36,363 nt of DNA from IMG/VR virus record IMGVR_UViG_2579778730_000001, one strand, 5' to 3'. This document shows positions 17,923 to 27,154 of the stretch, piece after piece. The translations under genes and the position numbers were made by a program. The stretch comes from an uncultured virus (IMG/VR IMGVR_UViG_2579778730_000001) (lineage: Duplodnaviria; Heunggongvirae; Uroviricota; Caudoviricetes). Below the pieces are notes generated by a model. The model searched no databases. It was not told the DNA's origin and saw nothing but the letters and a program-made list of their open reading frames with translations. Position 1 is the stretch's first letter. Every line of letters begins with the position of its first letter.

Positions 17923-19074
17923 TCACCCTTCGCTAATACTTTCCTCATATTCAATATTATCCAGTAATGCTTCCAGCACCACCTTCGTGGTAAAGCCGCG
18001 ATCGCTCAGGCTGTGCTCGATATTTTTGATGGTCCAGGTCTGGGCATCTATCACGCGCTTGAAGCCGCTGACCGTTACCGGCGTTTCCGGATAGAGGTCG
18101 GCGCGGCCCATCGCCAGGTTGATGCTGAACGTGGCGGCAGAGCGCTGCAGCGCGTCCCACTTCGCTTTGGCGGCGCGCACCGCCTCCTCTTTGCTGTTAA
18201 AGCTGTCGGTGAGGACAAAAGCGTTAGCCGGCTCGCCCATAATGTAATCTTCGCGTTTGCCCTGCCCGTCCGGCAGCGGTGCCTGCGCGCGCGGATGCGC
18301 GACGCTGGCAGCGGGTGCCGCTGTCGGCTTGCGCTGCAGGGTAACGCTGCTCGCCTGCGACTCGGGTGCGGCGGTATTGAGCCAGCTGGCGATAACGCCG
18401 GTATAGGCCATGCGGTCGGCAATGGTGAAGGCGTGGCTGTCGCCGGCGCGGCGCGTGATAGACAGCGGCGCGATTGATTGCCCGCTTACCGTGGTTCCCC
18501 GCCCCGGCTGCAGGAACAGCACGCTGCCGTTTTTTATCGTTGCCTCGGCGCCATTTTTTCCGGCCAGCCGGGTGAGAAAGGCGATGTCAGACTCCATCGA
18601 CTGGTCGATATGCGCGATAGCGATATCCGCCAGCGCCGACGCCACCGCCGATTTCAGCCCGTTGCGCGCGGCCACCAGCCCCACCAGCGCACTGAGCGTG
18701 GTGTTGTGATAAGAGGCTTCGCGCTTGACGTTAAGCGACCCGCGAAAATCAGCGCTGTGGGCTTTAATCGAGACCCGGTCCGGCGCGCCGCTGAAGGTCA
18801 CACCATCCACGGTAAAGGTGCCTTTATCAATCAGGCCACTTCCCTTCCAGCCCAGCGACAGAGCCAGCACCGCCCCCCTGGCCGGTAGCTCAACCATGCC
18901 GTCGCTGTCATCAATCTCCAGCGTCAGCGTATCGGCGTCAAAGGCCCGGTTGTCGGTCAGGGTCAGGCTTATCAGGCGCTCGCTGACGTTGCGGGTAATG
19001 TCTTTCCCGGAGAGCGTCAGCGTGAAATCCGGTGCCAGCGCGGCTCCGGCATCGGCCAGCGTCAGGTCAATCAC
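17923..19074 (-). CDS. D: P2 gpD-like baseplate hub / late control D
   Basis: LTDNRAFDADTL, SADFRGSLN, HIDQSMESD, GRADLYPETPV. Confidence 0.92.
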   Translation of the reverse strand: MIDLTLADAGAALAPDFTLTLSGKDITRNVSERLISLTLTDNRAFDADTLTLEIDDSDGMVELPARGAVLALSLGWKGSGLIDKGTFTVDGVTFSGAPDRVSIKAHSADFRGSLNVKREASYHNTTLSALVGLVAARNGLKSAVASALADIAIAHIDQSMESDIAFLTRLAGKNGAEATIKNGSVLFLQPGRGTTVSGQSIAPLSITRRAGDSHAFTIADRMAYTGVIASWLNTAAPESQASSVTLQRKPTAAPAASVAHPRAQAPLPDGQGKREDYIMGEPANAFVLTDSFNSKEEAVRAAKAKWDALQRSAATFSINLAMGRADLYPETPVTVSGFKRVIDAQTWTIKNIEHSLSDRGFTTKVVLEALLDNIEYEESISEG

Positions 19075-19544
19075 AGCACGCCTCCCGTTACCGTCGTGAC
19101 CATCCCTTTCGCCTTACCGATCATCTCTTCGGCCTGCTGCTGCAGATCGCCAAGCTGGGCGCTGAACGGCGGGTCGACGCGGATCAGCGACACCGTAAAG
19201 TCGGTTTTGCGGGCGCTGCCGTTGCTCATCAGCTCTGAACCGTTCTCGGTAACCTTATCAATCACGTACAGGCCATAGATAAAACCGCTGCCGTCAATCA
19301 GCGGCCACGCCCGCCCCTGCTCCGCCATCAGGCGCAGCGCGGACAGCGACAGCGTGCTGCCGGTCAGCTCCGGATAAAGCGCACCGCTCAGGACGATGGT
19401 CTCCGCGTCCGGTCCCAGATACTGATAACCGGCGCGGTTGCCGACGCGACTGCCGGACGGCCAGCGATAGCCCACGGTGCGCTGCGCGCTTTGCAGGGGC
19501 AGCGTGCGGGGCATAAACACAAACATGCCTAACGCGAACATCAT
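19071..19544 (-). CDS. U: P2 gpU tail protein
   Basis: MMFALGMFVF, YRWPSGSRVG, LSGALYPELTG, GRAWPLIDG. Confidence 0.92.
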   Translation of the reverse strand: MMFALGMFVFMPRTLPLQSAQRTVGYRWPSGSRVGNRAGYQYLGPDAETIVLSGALYPELTGSTLSLSALRLMAEQGRAWPLIDGSGFIYGLYVIDKVTENGSELMSNGSARKTDFTVSLIRVDPPFSAQLGDLQQQAEEMIGKAKGMVTTVTGGVL

Positions 19545-19556
19545 GATCCCATCTCC

Positions 19557-21512
19557 TTACACGTCATATTGCATACTGGCCTGCTTACGCATCTGGCGCT
19601 GCTGTTCATAGCGCTCCAGTTCGCTACGTATGCTCTGCACCACGTCAGCGGTGGTCAGGCCGGTGCCGGATACGTTGATGTTGTAGCTGTGCTGGCTCTG
19701 GTCAACGCTGGTACGGCTGGTCGGGGCCGTCGCCGCCTGGTAGCGGGTATAGCCCTTCATCTCACCGGTGGGCGTCAGATAAGATACCGGCGCCGGGGCA
19801 CCGACCTTGTCCGCCGCCTCCTCAATCGCGCCGGACTCTTTTTTGACCACGCCCAGCTTCTCCAGCACCCAGCCAATGCCGCTGCGCAGGGTGTTAAAGG
19901 CCTTAAGCGGGGGCAGCAGCGCATCCGCCAACGACTGACCAAACAGCACACCAACATCCCGGAAGCTGTTCAGCGCCTCTTTACTCATCTGTACCGGTTC
20001 CAGCAGATCGGACAGCCACTGCCAGATGCCGCCGATGGCCTCCCCCACTTTGCCGAACAGCGCAATCTGCGGGCCAAACGCCGCCTGCACGCCTTCCCAG
20101 ATGCCGGTGAAAAGCCCACCGAGGAAGGCGCTGACCGGCTCCCAGTATTTGTACAGCAGCAGCGCGACGCCGACGATGGCGGCACCAATGGCCACTACCG
20201 GCAGGGAGATCGCGCCGATGGCCGTCGCCATGATGCCCCCGGCAATGCTGAACACCGTGCCGAGGGTGCCCGCCGCGGCAATGATGATGTTGATACCGGT
20301 CATCACCGGCCACACCACCGCGCCCATCGCGCCGATAAACCCGGCCACGCCCACGACCGCCGCAGCGATAATGGCGAGGGTGCTGGTCAGGGTCTGATTG
20401 TCGGCGATCCATGTCCCCAGGCTCTGTAACCAGCCGGTGGCGGTCTGCACCAGTTTGCGCAGGGACGACTCCTGCCCGGCAAAAATGTCGATGCTGATGG
20501 ACTCGTAAGCCGCTTTGAGCTGCGCGATATCCCCCCCGAGGCTGTCCGGGGCCGCGCTGACCCCTGGCGCGGCGGCAGTGGGATAGCGGGCTTGCAGCTG
20601 GCTCAGGGTGCCGTTGTTAACCGCGGCCATCACCACGCCGGCGTTGGTCGCCTGCGAGTCGTGGTTGGACAGGGTCATGCTGCGCACCAGCGGCATCAGC
20701 GTTGCGATCGCGGCGGCATCGCTTCCCCCCTGCGCCATCACCAGCTGCGCGCTGGTCGCGTCGGCGGCGGTGGTTGCCCCGGAGGTGCGGGCCTGCTCGC
20801 GCAGGGTGCGGAGTTCCGGCGCATCCTGAGCAAGGCCCAGCTCAGCCTGCAGTGCAGCCTGCTTCTCGGTGAAGTCATAACCGGGTTTCAGCAGTGCGGT
20901 ACCGGCGGTCACTCCGGCCGACACCACTTTCATGCCGGTATCGCTCACGCCGCTGATACGCTCCGCCCGGGCCTGGCCAGCCTGATAGCGCTGTTTCACG
21001 GCGTTGAGCTGCGCCTGCTGGCGCAGCACCCGCGCCTGAACCTCATGCTGGCGTTCAAGCTGGACGGTGGTATCGCGGATCGAAGCGCTGAGCCGCGCCC
21101 GCGTGCTGGTGAGGTTGCGGGTGCTGATACCGGCCTGCTCCAGCCCCTGACGCTGGCTTGCCAGCGAGCGTTGCAGGTCGGCGGCGTGCTGGTTCAGGGT
21201 GCGGATGTTATTCCCGGAGGCGGCCATCGCGTCCCACAGTTCCGCCGCAGGCTGTTTGCTGCTGTGGAAGGTGTCTGCCAGCGCCCGGCTCTCGCGGCGG
21301 GCGCTCTGCAATGCAGTTTCGGTGCGGGCAAGCTGCTCGCGGGTGCGCTGAAAGCTCTCCACGTCTGCCAACTGCTGATGCAGGCCGCGCAGGCTCTGCC
21401 CGATACTGCGAATATCGCCGTTGAGCGAGGCGGTCGCCGCCTCGATGGATTTGAACGGCAGCGACGCCTGACCAACGGCCCTGAGCAGTGCGTCAATGTT
21501 TGCGTTACTCAT
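19557..21512 (-). CDS. T: Tail tape measure protein (short, 651 aa)
   Basis: Position after E/E'; Ala/Gln-rich coil; LLKPGYDF, LGGD, KYWEPVSAF motifs of P2 gpT. Confidence 0.9.
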   Translation of the reverse strand: MSNANIDALLRAVGQASLPFKSIEAATASLNGDIRSIGQSLRGLHQQLADVESFQRTREQLARTETALQSARRESRALADTFHSSKQPAAELWDAMAASGNNIRTLNQHAADLQRSLASQRQGLEQAGISTRNLTSTRARLSASIRDTTVQLERQHEVQARVLRQQAQLNAVKQRYQAGQARAERISGVSDTGMKVVSAGVTAGTALLKPGYDFTEKQAALQAELGLAQDAPELRTLREQARTSGATTAADATSAQLVMAQGGSDAAAIATLMPLVRSMTLSNHDSQATNAGVVMAAVNNGTLSQLQARYPTAAAPGVSAAPDSLGGDIAQLKAAYESISIDIFAGQESSLRKLVQTATGWLQSLGTWIADNQTLTSTLAIIAAAVVGVAGFIGAMGAVVWPVMTGINIIIAAAGTLGTVFSIAGGIMATAIGAISLPVVAIGAAIVGVALLLYKYWEPVSAFLGGLFTGIWEGVQAAFGPQIALFGKVGEAIGGIWQWLSDLLEPVQMSKEALNSFRDVGVLFGQSLADALLPPLKAFNTLRSGIGWVLEKLGVVKKESGAIEEAADKVGAPAPVSYLTPTGEMKGYTRYQAATAPTSRTSVDQSQHSYNINVSGTGLTTADVVQSIRSELERYEQQRQMRKQASMQYDV

Positions 21513-21684
21513 TGGTATTTCCGCTTCGCTGTAGCGCCTTCTCGCGCCAGGTGATGAGCTCAGTCAGGCTCAGGGGATAAAGCTCAGACGGCGGCCAGTG
21601 AAAGATGACGGCGATATCCGCCATCAGATCGTCCACCGTCAGGGTTTTCGGCAGGGTTACTGCGCCGAGTTCGGCGACAAAAAA
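21505..21684 (-). CDS. gpE' extension (gpE+E' by -1 frameshift)
   Basis: TTTTTTG slippery site at 21684-21678; downstream frame MADIAVIFHWPPSELYPLSLTELITWREKALQRSG. Confidence 0.85.
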   Translation of the reverse strand, partial: FFVAELGAVTLPKTLTVDDLMADIAVIFHWPPSELYPLSLTELITWREKALQRSGNTNE

Positions 21685-21932
21685 CCTACCACCTTGCCAG
21701 CGAAGGCCAGCAGATCCGGCCAGGCCAGCTGCGCCACGTCCTGCTCGGTCAGCGTCGGGGTGGTCATGCGCGGCAGCACCTTAATCAGGGCATCCACTTC
21801 GGAGTTGGCCAGCGCTGCCAGGCCCACGCCGCGCAGAGTACCGGCGTTCGGCTGGGTAAGCGTCACGTCGCTGATGGTCAGTTCGCCGCGAACAATCGGC
21901 TGCGTCAGAATGACGGTGTTTTCGTTCTGCAT
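21657..21932 (-). CDS. E: Tail assembly chaperone gpE
   Basis: PNAGTLRGVGL, VDALIKVLPRMT, KVVGFL. Confidence 0.92.
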   Translation of the reverse strand: MQNENTVILTQPIVRGELTISDVTLTQPNAGTLRGVGLAALANSEVDALIKVLPRMTTPTLTEQDVAQLAWPDLLAFAGKVVGFLSPNSAQ

Positions 21933-21955
21933 GGAGTTCTCTCTGTGCTGAGGGG

Positions 21956-21984
21956 AAAAATAACCGGCCAGGATCTGGCCGGCT
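21956..21984 (-). terminator. Hairpin/partial terminator between FII and E
   Basis: CCGGCCAG-ATC-CTGGCCGG followed by TTATTTTT on the minus strand. Confidence 0.6.
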
Positions 21985-21989
21985 GACAG

Positions 21990-22508
21990 TTACAGGCCGA
22001 TATTGCGACGGTGCTGGGCCAGACGGTCCACGCCGTTGATGATCTCCACCATGTTGACGGTGTCGATCTCCACCAGGGTTTTGCCGTTGATGGTCAGCTT
22101 GTAGTAGGTGCAGACCGCCGCGATTTTCGCCTCGGTGTCTTCGCCCGGCTTCGCTTCCCCGGCGTCGATTTCCTTCAGACGACCGCGCATCACCACTTCA
22201 ACCGGCACGATCTCGCCGGTATCGTCGCGCTGATAGGAGCCGGCAAAGCGCACCGGCACCGCGTCCGCGCTCACCGCGCCGTACAGCGACCAGATGGCCT
22301 CATCCGGGAAGCCGCCCAGCGTCCACTCGGTGGAGAGCGCCTCATCGTCCAGCCCCAGATCCACCGGGGCGACGCCGTTCATGCCGCCGCCGCGGTAGTT
22401 CTCCAGTTTGCGGGTCAGCTTCGGCAGCGTGACCGCTGTCACTACACCCAGATAGCTGGTGCCATCCAGGAACAGGTTCATGTATTTAAGCTTGCGCGGT
22501 AATGCCAT
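21990..22508 (-). CDS. FII: Major tail tube protein
   Basis: MALPRKLKYMNLF...LPKLTRKLENYRGGGMNG; 172 aa. Confidence 0.96.
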   Translation of the reverse strand: MALPRKLKYMNLFLDGTSYLGVVTAVTLPKLTRKLENYRGGGMNGVAPVDLGLDDEALSTEWTLGGFPDEAIWSLYGAVSADAVPVRFAGSYQRDDTGEIVPVEVVMRGRLKEIDAGEAKPGEDTEAKIAAVCTYYKLTINGKTLVEIDTVNMVEIINGVDRLAQHRRNIGL

Positions 22509-22520
22509 GGGTCAGCCTCC

Positions 22521-23711
22521 TTAGCTGTTGTTGACCGAGGTGACCAGGTTCGCCAGGTACTTGTCGGTAATGCGCTGGCGCAGGGTCAGGTTTTCCAGCG
22601 GCGGCACGGGGGTATAGTCGTAATCAATCACCAGCTTGCCAGCCTTGAGCGTAGCTTCATCGTTGGCGCTCTCATCGAACCAGCACTGGGCGTCGATCAG
22701 GTAGCCGTTGGATTTCAGCTCGCGGAACTTGGCGTTAATGCCGTCGATGATGTCGCGGATCAGCGTGGCGGTAACCGGCTTGTCTACTGCCCACATGTGC
22801 GCATCGGCCATGGTGTCGGCAATCACCTGCGCGGTACGGGTGTAGTTTTCAAACAGGAACAGCGGATCGTCAGAGCAGGTGCGGTTGCCCCAGAAGCGGA
22901 AACCGTCCTTGCGGATAAGCGTGGTGACGCCCGCTTCGTTGAGCAGATCCGCATCGGTGCCGGGCTCCTGCAGATCCCAGAACACCGAGGCGCTGATGCC
23001 GGTCACGCCATTGACGCCGACGTTGGACAGGGTTTTGTGCCAGCCGGTGGACTGGTCGATGGCCGCACGCAGGCCGAGCGCGCGGGCGGTAGCGAACGCC
23101 GTTGCGCTGGCGTTAGTCGCGGTGTCCCACGCCAGGAAATCTGGCCAGATCACCATCAGCTCGCGCTGGCTGAAGTTGGCGCGGTAAGCGATGGCTTCCG
23201 ACACGGTTTTACAGCCCCAGGCGCTGACGTAGCCGAACGCACGCAGCTTCTGGCACACCGAAGCCAGCGCGGTCGCCACTTCCTGCGTATCGAGACCCGG
23301 CACGCCGAGAATACGCGGCTTCACGCCGGTCACCGCTTCGGCGGTGAGCAACGCTTTCAGGCCGGTATAGCTGCCGTTCGCGTCGGTGGTCCCGATGACG
23401 TTAGAGACGGTCTGGGCGAACGCTGCCTCAGCATCCTCACCGCTGCCCTCTTCCACGCGCACCACCACGGTGACGGGTTTGGACTGGTCGGCAATCGCCT
23501 GCAGCGCCGCACCGAGGGTGCCTTTTTTACCGGCTTTGCCAATCGCGCTCTGCACGTTGGTAATCAGCACGGGCTGGTTTAAAGGGAAAGTCGCCGCGTC
23601 AGCATCGCTGGCCGTACAGACCATACCGATAATTGCCGTTGAGACAGTTGAAATGACGCGCGTGCCGTCGTTAATTTCGACGACCTGGACGCCGTGGTGA
23701 AAATCACTCAT
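22521..23711 (-). CDS. FI: Contractile tail sheath protein
   Basis: MSDFHHGVQVVEINDGTR, GFRFWGNRTC; 396 aa from ATG 23711 with GGAG RBS. Confidence 0.96.
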   Translation of the reverse strand: MSDFHHGVQVVEINDGTRVISTVSTAIIGMVCTASDADAATFPLNQPVLITNVQSAIGKAGKKGTLGAALQAIADQSKPVTVVVRVEEGSGEDAEAAFAQTVSNVIGTTDANGSYTGLKALLTAEAVTGVKPRILGVPGLDTQEVATALASVCQKLRAFGYVSAWGCKTVSEAIAYRANFSQRELMVIWPDFLAWDTATNASATAFATARALGLRAAIDQSTGWHKTLSNVGVNGVTGISASVFWDLQEPGTDADLLNEAGVTTLIRKDGFRFWGNRTCSDDPLFLFENYTRTAQVIADTMADAHMWAVDKPVTATLIRDIIDGINAKFRELKSNGYLIDAQCWFDESANDEATLKAGKLVIDYDYTPVPPLENLTLRQRITDKYLANLVTSVNNS

Positions 23712-23735
23712 CCGGTTCACTCCATCGTTAAGGGG

Positions 23736-23801
23736 TGAGTCCATTTTCACGTCTGGCACCGTCTGGCGCTATTTGTCAGGGTTGGGAAAGGGATGGCACA
23801 A
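23736..23801 (-). promoter_or_regulatory. Ogr-dependent late promoter pF
   Basis: TTGTGCC-N9-CCA (TGT-N12-CCA, near the TGT-N12-ACA consensus)...ATAGCGCC-N16-GAAAAT upstream of FI. Confidence 0.75.
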
Positions 23802-24381
23802 CGGGGGGGGCGGGCCCGGCGTTGCCGGGAACCGGCGTTGCCGGGAACCGGCGGTACAGGGTTGAAAGGCCAATATCGAACAGGATCGCCACGCGCTGGC
23901 GCGATTCGCCGGCGGCCAGCAGCCTGCCCACCTGCGCCCACTGCGCCTCGGTCAGCTTCGGGCGACGCCCGCCAATCCGCCCCTGCGCTCGCGCCGCCGT
24001 CAGCCCGGCCCGGGTGCGTTCGACAATCAGCTCACGCTCCATCTCGGCGAGGGCGCCCATGACGTGAAAGAAGAAACGTCCCATCGGGGTGCTGGTATCA
24101 ATGCTGTCGGTGAGGCTGCGAAAATTGACGCCGCGCAGCCGCAGCTCTTCAATCAGGGTCACCAGATGCCGCATGCTGCGCCCGAGCCTGTCCAGCTTCC
24201 ACACCACCAGGGTATCGCCCTCGCTGAGCATGCGTAACAGCTTCTTAAGGCCGGGCCGTTCAGCGGTCTTGCCGCTGATTTTATCCTCGAAAATCAGCTC
24301 ACATCCTGCGCACTCCAGCGCATTTCGCTGCAGCGCGGTGTTCTGGTCGTTTGTTGATACCCTGACATAGCCGATAAGCAT
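23776..24381 (-). CDS. Serine DNA invertase (Pin/Gin/Hin family)
   Basis: MLIGYVRVST, VWKLDRLGRS, GRIGGRRPKL, C-terminal HTH. Confidence 0.95.
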   Translation of the reverse strand: MLIGYVRVSTNDQNTALQRNALECAGCELIFEDKISGKTAERPGLKKLLRMLSEGDTLVVWKLDRLGRSMRHLVTLIEELRLRGVNFRSLTDSIDTSTPMGRFFFHVMGALAEMERELIVERTRAGLTAARAQGRIGGRRPKLTEAQWAQVGRLLAAGESRQRVAILFDIGLSTLYRRFPATPVPGNAGPAPPVVPSLSQP

Positions 24382-24457
24382 ACTACTCCGCCCTTCGAAA
24401 AAGGCGTAAGCATGCCACGAGTGCGGGAAAGTGGGGTAATTCGGGTGAGAGAGTGGG

Positions 24458-24483
24458 TTCTTAAAAACCTTGGTTTGGGGGAA
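24458..24483 (+). other. Invertase crossover site (hix/gix/pix-like), left
   Basis: TTCTTAAAAACCTTGGTTTGGGGGAA, inverted partner of 26534-26559. Confidence 0.88.
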
Positions 24484-25041
24484 GGCTCCGCGCTGCCGGT
24501 GGGTGTGCCGGTACCGTGGCCATCAGCCACCGCGCCAGCAGGTTGGCTGAAATATAACGGTGCGGCATTCGATAAAGCGCGTTATCCAAAACTCGCTGCG
24601 GTTTATCCCAGTGGAGTATTACCCGATCTGCGCGGGGAATTTATTCGTGGCTGGGATGATGGTAGGGGNNNNNNNNNNNNNNAATTACCAGATATGAGTT
24701 TTTTTGGAGCCAGTTTGAACCCAAATGGTTACCAGGCTCTGCCTTCCGGATTGATTATTCAGTGGGGAAAAGTTGCTATTGATTATACCGGCTCTCATAC
24801 CGCTTACGTTGTAGCTGGAGGCAGTGTTAATAAATATACTGGCACAGGTAATTTCCCTGTCACTTTTCCCAATGCCGCATTAGTCGCATTAGGTACAAGT
24901 AATGATGTTCCTAATGCACATATTTCTTCAGTTTACGTCTCCTCAACGAGAGGCTTTATATGGTCGCATCACTCTACTCAAGCTTATTTATCCACTCCGG
25001 GTGGTGGAAATGGATTTACCTGGATTGCGTTAGGGTATTAA
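24458..25041 (+). CDS. Silent alternative tail-fibre C-terminal cassette (interrupted by assembly gap)
   Basis: LKNLGLGEGSALPVGVPVPWP collar shared with fibre H, then GYQALPSGLIIQWG...FPVTFPN...WIALGY; expressed only if inverted. Confidence 0.82.
24669..24682. other. Assembly gap (14 N)
   Basis: N run at the end of a ~210-bp inverted repeat. Confidence 0.99.
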
Positions 25042-25057
25042 CAAAAAGGATAGGAAA

Positions 25058-25480
25058 ATGAAAATGCTATTTAGCCCCTCAGTCAGTGCTTTCTATGAGG
25101 CAAATTGGGAAAGAAATTACAAGGCCAATGATAATTGGCCAAACGATTTGACCGAAGTTGAAGAAAGCATATATATAGAATTCTCTCAGCAACCGCCGGA
25201 AGGAAAGATGTTAGGTGAGGTAAATAATTTTCCAGCATGGATCGACCTTCCGGGCAAAACTCAAAGTGAGATAAAGGAGATTAATGCTTCAATAAAAAAC
25301 GCATTACTCTTTGACGCGATTACAAAAATAAGTATTTGGCAAGCAAAACTATTGATGGGGAGAATTAGTGATGCTGATAAAGCCAAGCTAGACGCCTGGC
25401 TTGATTATATTGATAGTCTTGAATTATTAAATATCAATGAAGCTAAAGATATTATTTGGCCGGTTCCACCGGAGGCGTAG
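25058..25480 (+). CDS. Tail fibre assembly chaperone of the alternative cassette
   Basis: FSPSVSAFY, WPND, PPEGK, PAWID, WLDYIDSL, WPVPP. Confidence 0.85.
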   Translation: MKMLFSPSVSAFYEANWERNYKANDNWPNDLTEVEESIYIEFSQQPPEGKMLGEVNNFPAWIDLPGKTQSEIKEINASIKNALLFDAITKISIWQAKLLMGRISDADKAKLDAWLDYIDSLELLNINEAKDIIWPVPPEA

Positions 25481-26060
25481 GCCATTCGAGATCTGGAGCA
25501 TCATTAGCCTCTACAGCCTTAACGTCTTTAATATAAGCCAGCCAGCTAATCAGGCTGGCTTTATTTGCTTCATCGATCAAGCCAAGCTGTAGCTCAGTCT
25601 GCCATTCGCTAATCATATTCTTTGCATCAGCCAGCAATTCTGATTTTTTTCTTTCCGCTTCGACGATCTGTTGGTTTTTCATTGCTTCGGTGTCAGTAAC
25701 CCATGTTGTGCCATTCCACCGATCATATGGAGTAGCAGGTTTTAACGTGGTCAAATCATCAGGATAATCACCTAAATTATTAATTAAGACCGGTTCACCT
25801 GTTCCACACTTATAAAGTGTTTCACCGCGGTGATCGCTGATATATTCCCACCGGCCATTTTCAATGGAACGACATATTGCGTAGCCTATTTTATTTTCCA
25901 GAGGAACATCTACTACAGAGTTGGCTGGGATTCCCACGCCTGCCATCAGGAATTCATGGCTGGAGGATAAATATTCCTGTGAAAGCTCATCATAGTTGTA
26001 AACCGTGACATAACCAGACTGAGTAGCGATTAATTTATCGTTTAACTTAGCTTCAGACAT
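25452..26060 (-). CDS. Tail fibre assembly protein (Tfa)
   Basis: GVGIPANS, DHRGETLY, WQTELQLG, WPTPP. Confidence 0.88.
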   Translation of the reverse strand: MSEAKLNDKLIATQSGYVTVYNYDELSQEYLSSSHEFLMAGVGIPANSVVDVPLENKIGYAICRSIENGRWEYISDHRGETLYKCGTGEPVLINNLGDYPDDLTTLKPATPYDRWNGTTWVTDTEAMKNQQIVEAERKKSELLADAKNMISEWQTELQLGLIDEANKASLISWLAYIKDVKAVEANDAPDLEWPTPPVEPAK

Positions 26061-27154
26061 TATGCAGCCCTCACAATATAATTGAATGCAATGTTGCGCG
26101 GTCGAGTTTCTGATGATGTATTTGCCACGCGTGAAGCATCATAGGTAGTTACATCCGCGCCGGATGAGGAACTGGAGCCCGCCATTTGAACATAATTTGG
26201 CCCACTTTGTTTTGCGACTGAAAAGACACCAGAAGCCTCTGTTATTGCCCCTCCACCAGTCATACTTGAAGCACGAGAACAAAATGAACCGATGATGTTT
26301 TGTAGCGCGAACGCCTGGGAGGTTAACAATCCACGCCCCGCATCCACTCCCCTACCATCATCCCAGCCACGAATAAATTCCCCGCGCAGATCGGGTAATA
26401 CTCCACTGGGATAAACCGCAGCGAGTTTTGGATAACGCGCTTTATCGAATGCCGCACCGTTATATTTCAGCCAACCTGCTGGCGCGGTGGCTGATGGCCA
26501 CGGTACCGGCACACCCACCGGCAGCGCGGAGCCTTCCCCCAAACCAAGGTTTTTGAGAACCTCGCCCACCAGCCCGGCGTCGGCCATTTCTTTTAGCGCG
26601 TTAGCGATTAACGGGTACTGCGGGTGCGGGTTCGCGGCCTCGACGTGCTTTTTCAGCAGGCCATCGGCATAGGCTTTTACCTCGATAACCTTGTCATCAA
26701 CGTACTTACGCGTTGCCAGCACCACCGCCGGATCAATTTTCAGGGTTACCGCTTCGGTGCTGGAAACAATCAGCACCATGCGGATGGTCTGGGTGCGGCC
26801 GCTGCCTTCCTGCAGCTTCGGTTTGTAGGTTTCCGGGCAGTTCGCTACCGCAACCAGAAAACCTTCGTCATCGTAAAGGCCGATCTCGCGGATCCAGAAT
26901 CCGCCCTCGTCCTCAGGGATGATCTGCTCGACGATGATTTGTCCGGGGTTGGCCGGATCGACGTCGATAAGGTTCAGCGGCGCGCGGCGCTGCTCGTGGA
27001 TCAACGCGGTCTGCGCCGGGTTCGGCATCGGCAGCACGCCGTTGGCGTCGCCCACCGCAAGCTGCGTCAGGTTCAGTCTGGTGCCGAGCGCGGTGGCATT
27101 TGCCAGCCGGGCGGCTCCCTGATTGGTCAGAATGGCAAAATATTTCGCGGTCAT
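26060..27154 (-). CDS. H: Tail fibre protein (expressed orientation)
   Basis: P2 gpH N-terminus (EQIIPEDEGGFWIREIG, ANCPETYKP), collar PDLRGEFIRGWD, end ETRPRNIAFNYIVRAA. Confidence 0.93.
   Translation of the reverse strand: MTAKYFAILTNQGAARLANATALGTRLNLTQLAVGDANGVLPMPNPAQTALIHEQRRAPLNLIDVDPANPGQIIVEQIIPEDEGGFWIREIGLYDDEGFLVAVANCPETYKPKLQEGSGRTQTIRMVLIVSSTEAVTLKIDPAVVLATRKYVDDKVIEVKAYADGLLKKHVEAANPHPQYPLIANALKEMADAGLVGEVLKNLGLGEGSALPVGVPVPWPSATAPAGWLKYNGAAFDKARYPKLAAVYPSGVLPDLRGEFIRGWDDGRGVDAGRGLLTSQAFALQNIIGSFCSRASSMTGGGAITEASGVFSVAKQSGPNYVQMAGSSSSSGADVTTYDASRVANTSSETRPRNIAFNYIVRAA
26534..26559 (-). other. Invertase crossover site within the fibre gene, right
   Basis: TTCCCCCAAACCAAGGTTTTTGAGAA, resembles hix/pix. 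Confidence 0.88.

Noticed and set aside
24456..24668. ~210-bp near-perfect inverted repeat as a separate element
   Set aside because: It is the shared fibre collar region of the invertible cassettes; its exact extent is unreliable because it ends at an assembly gap
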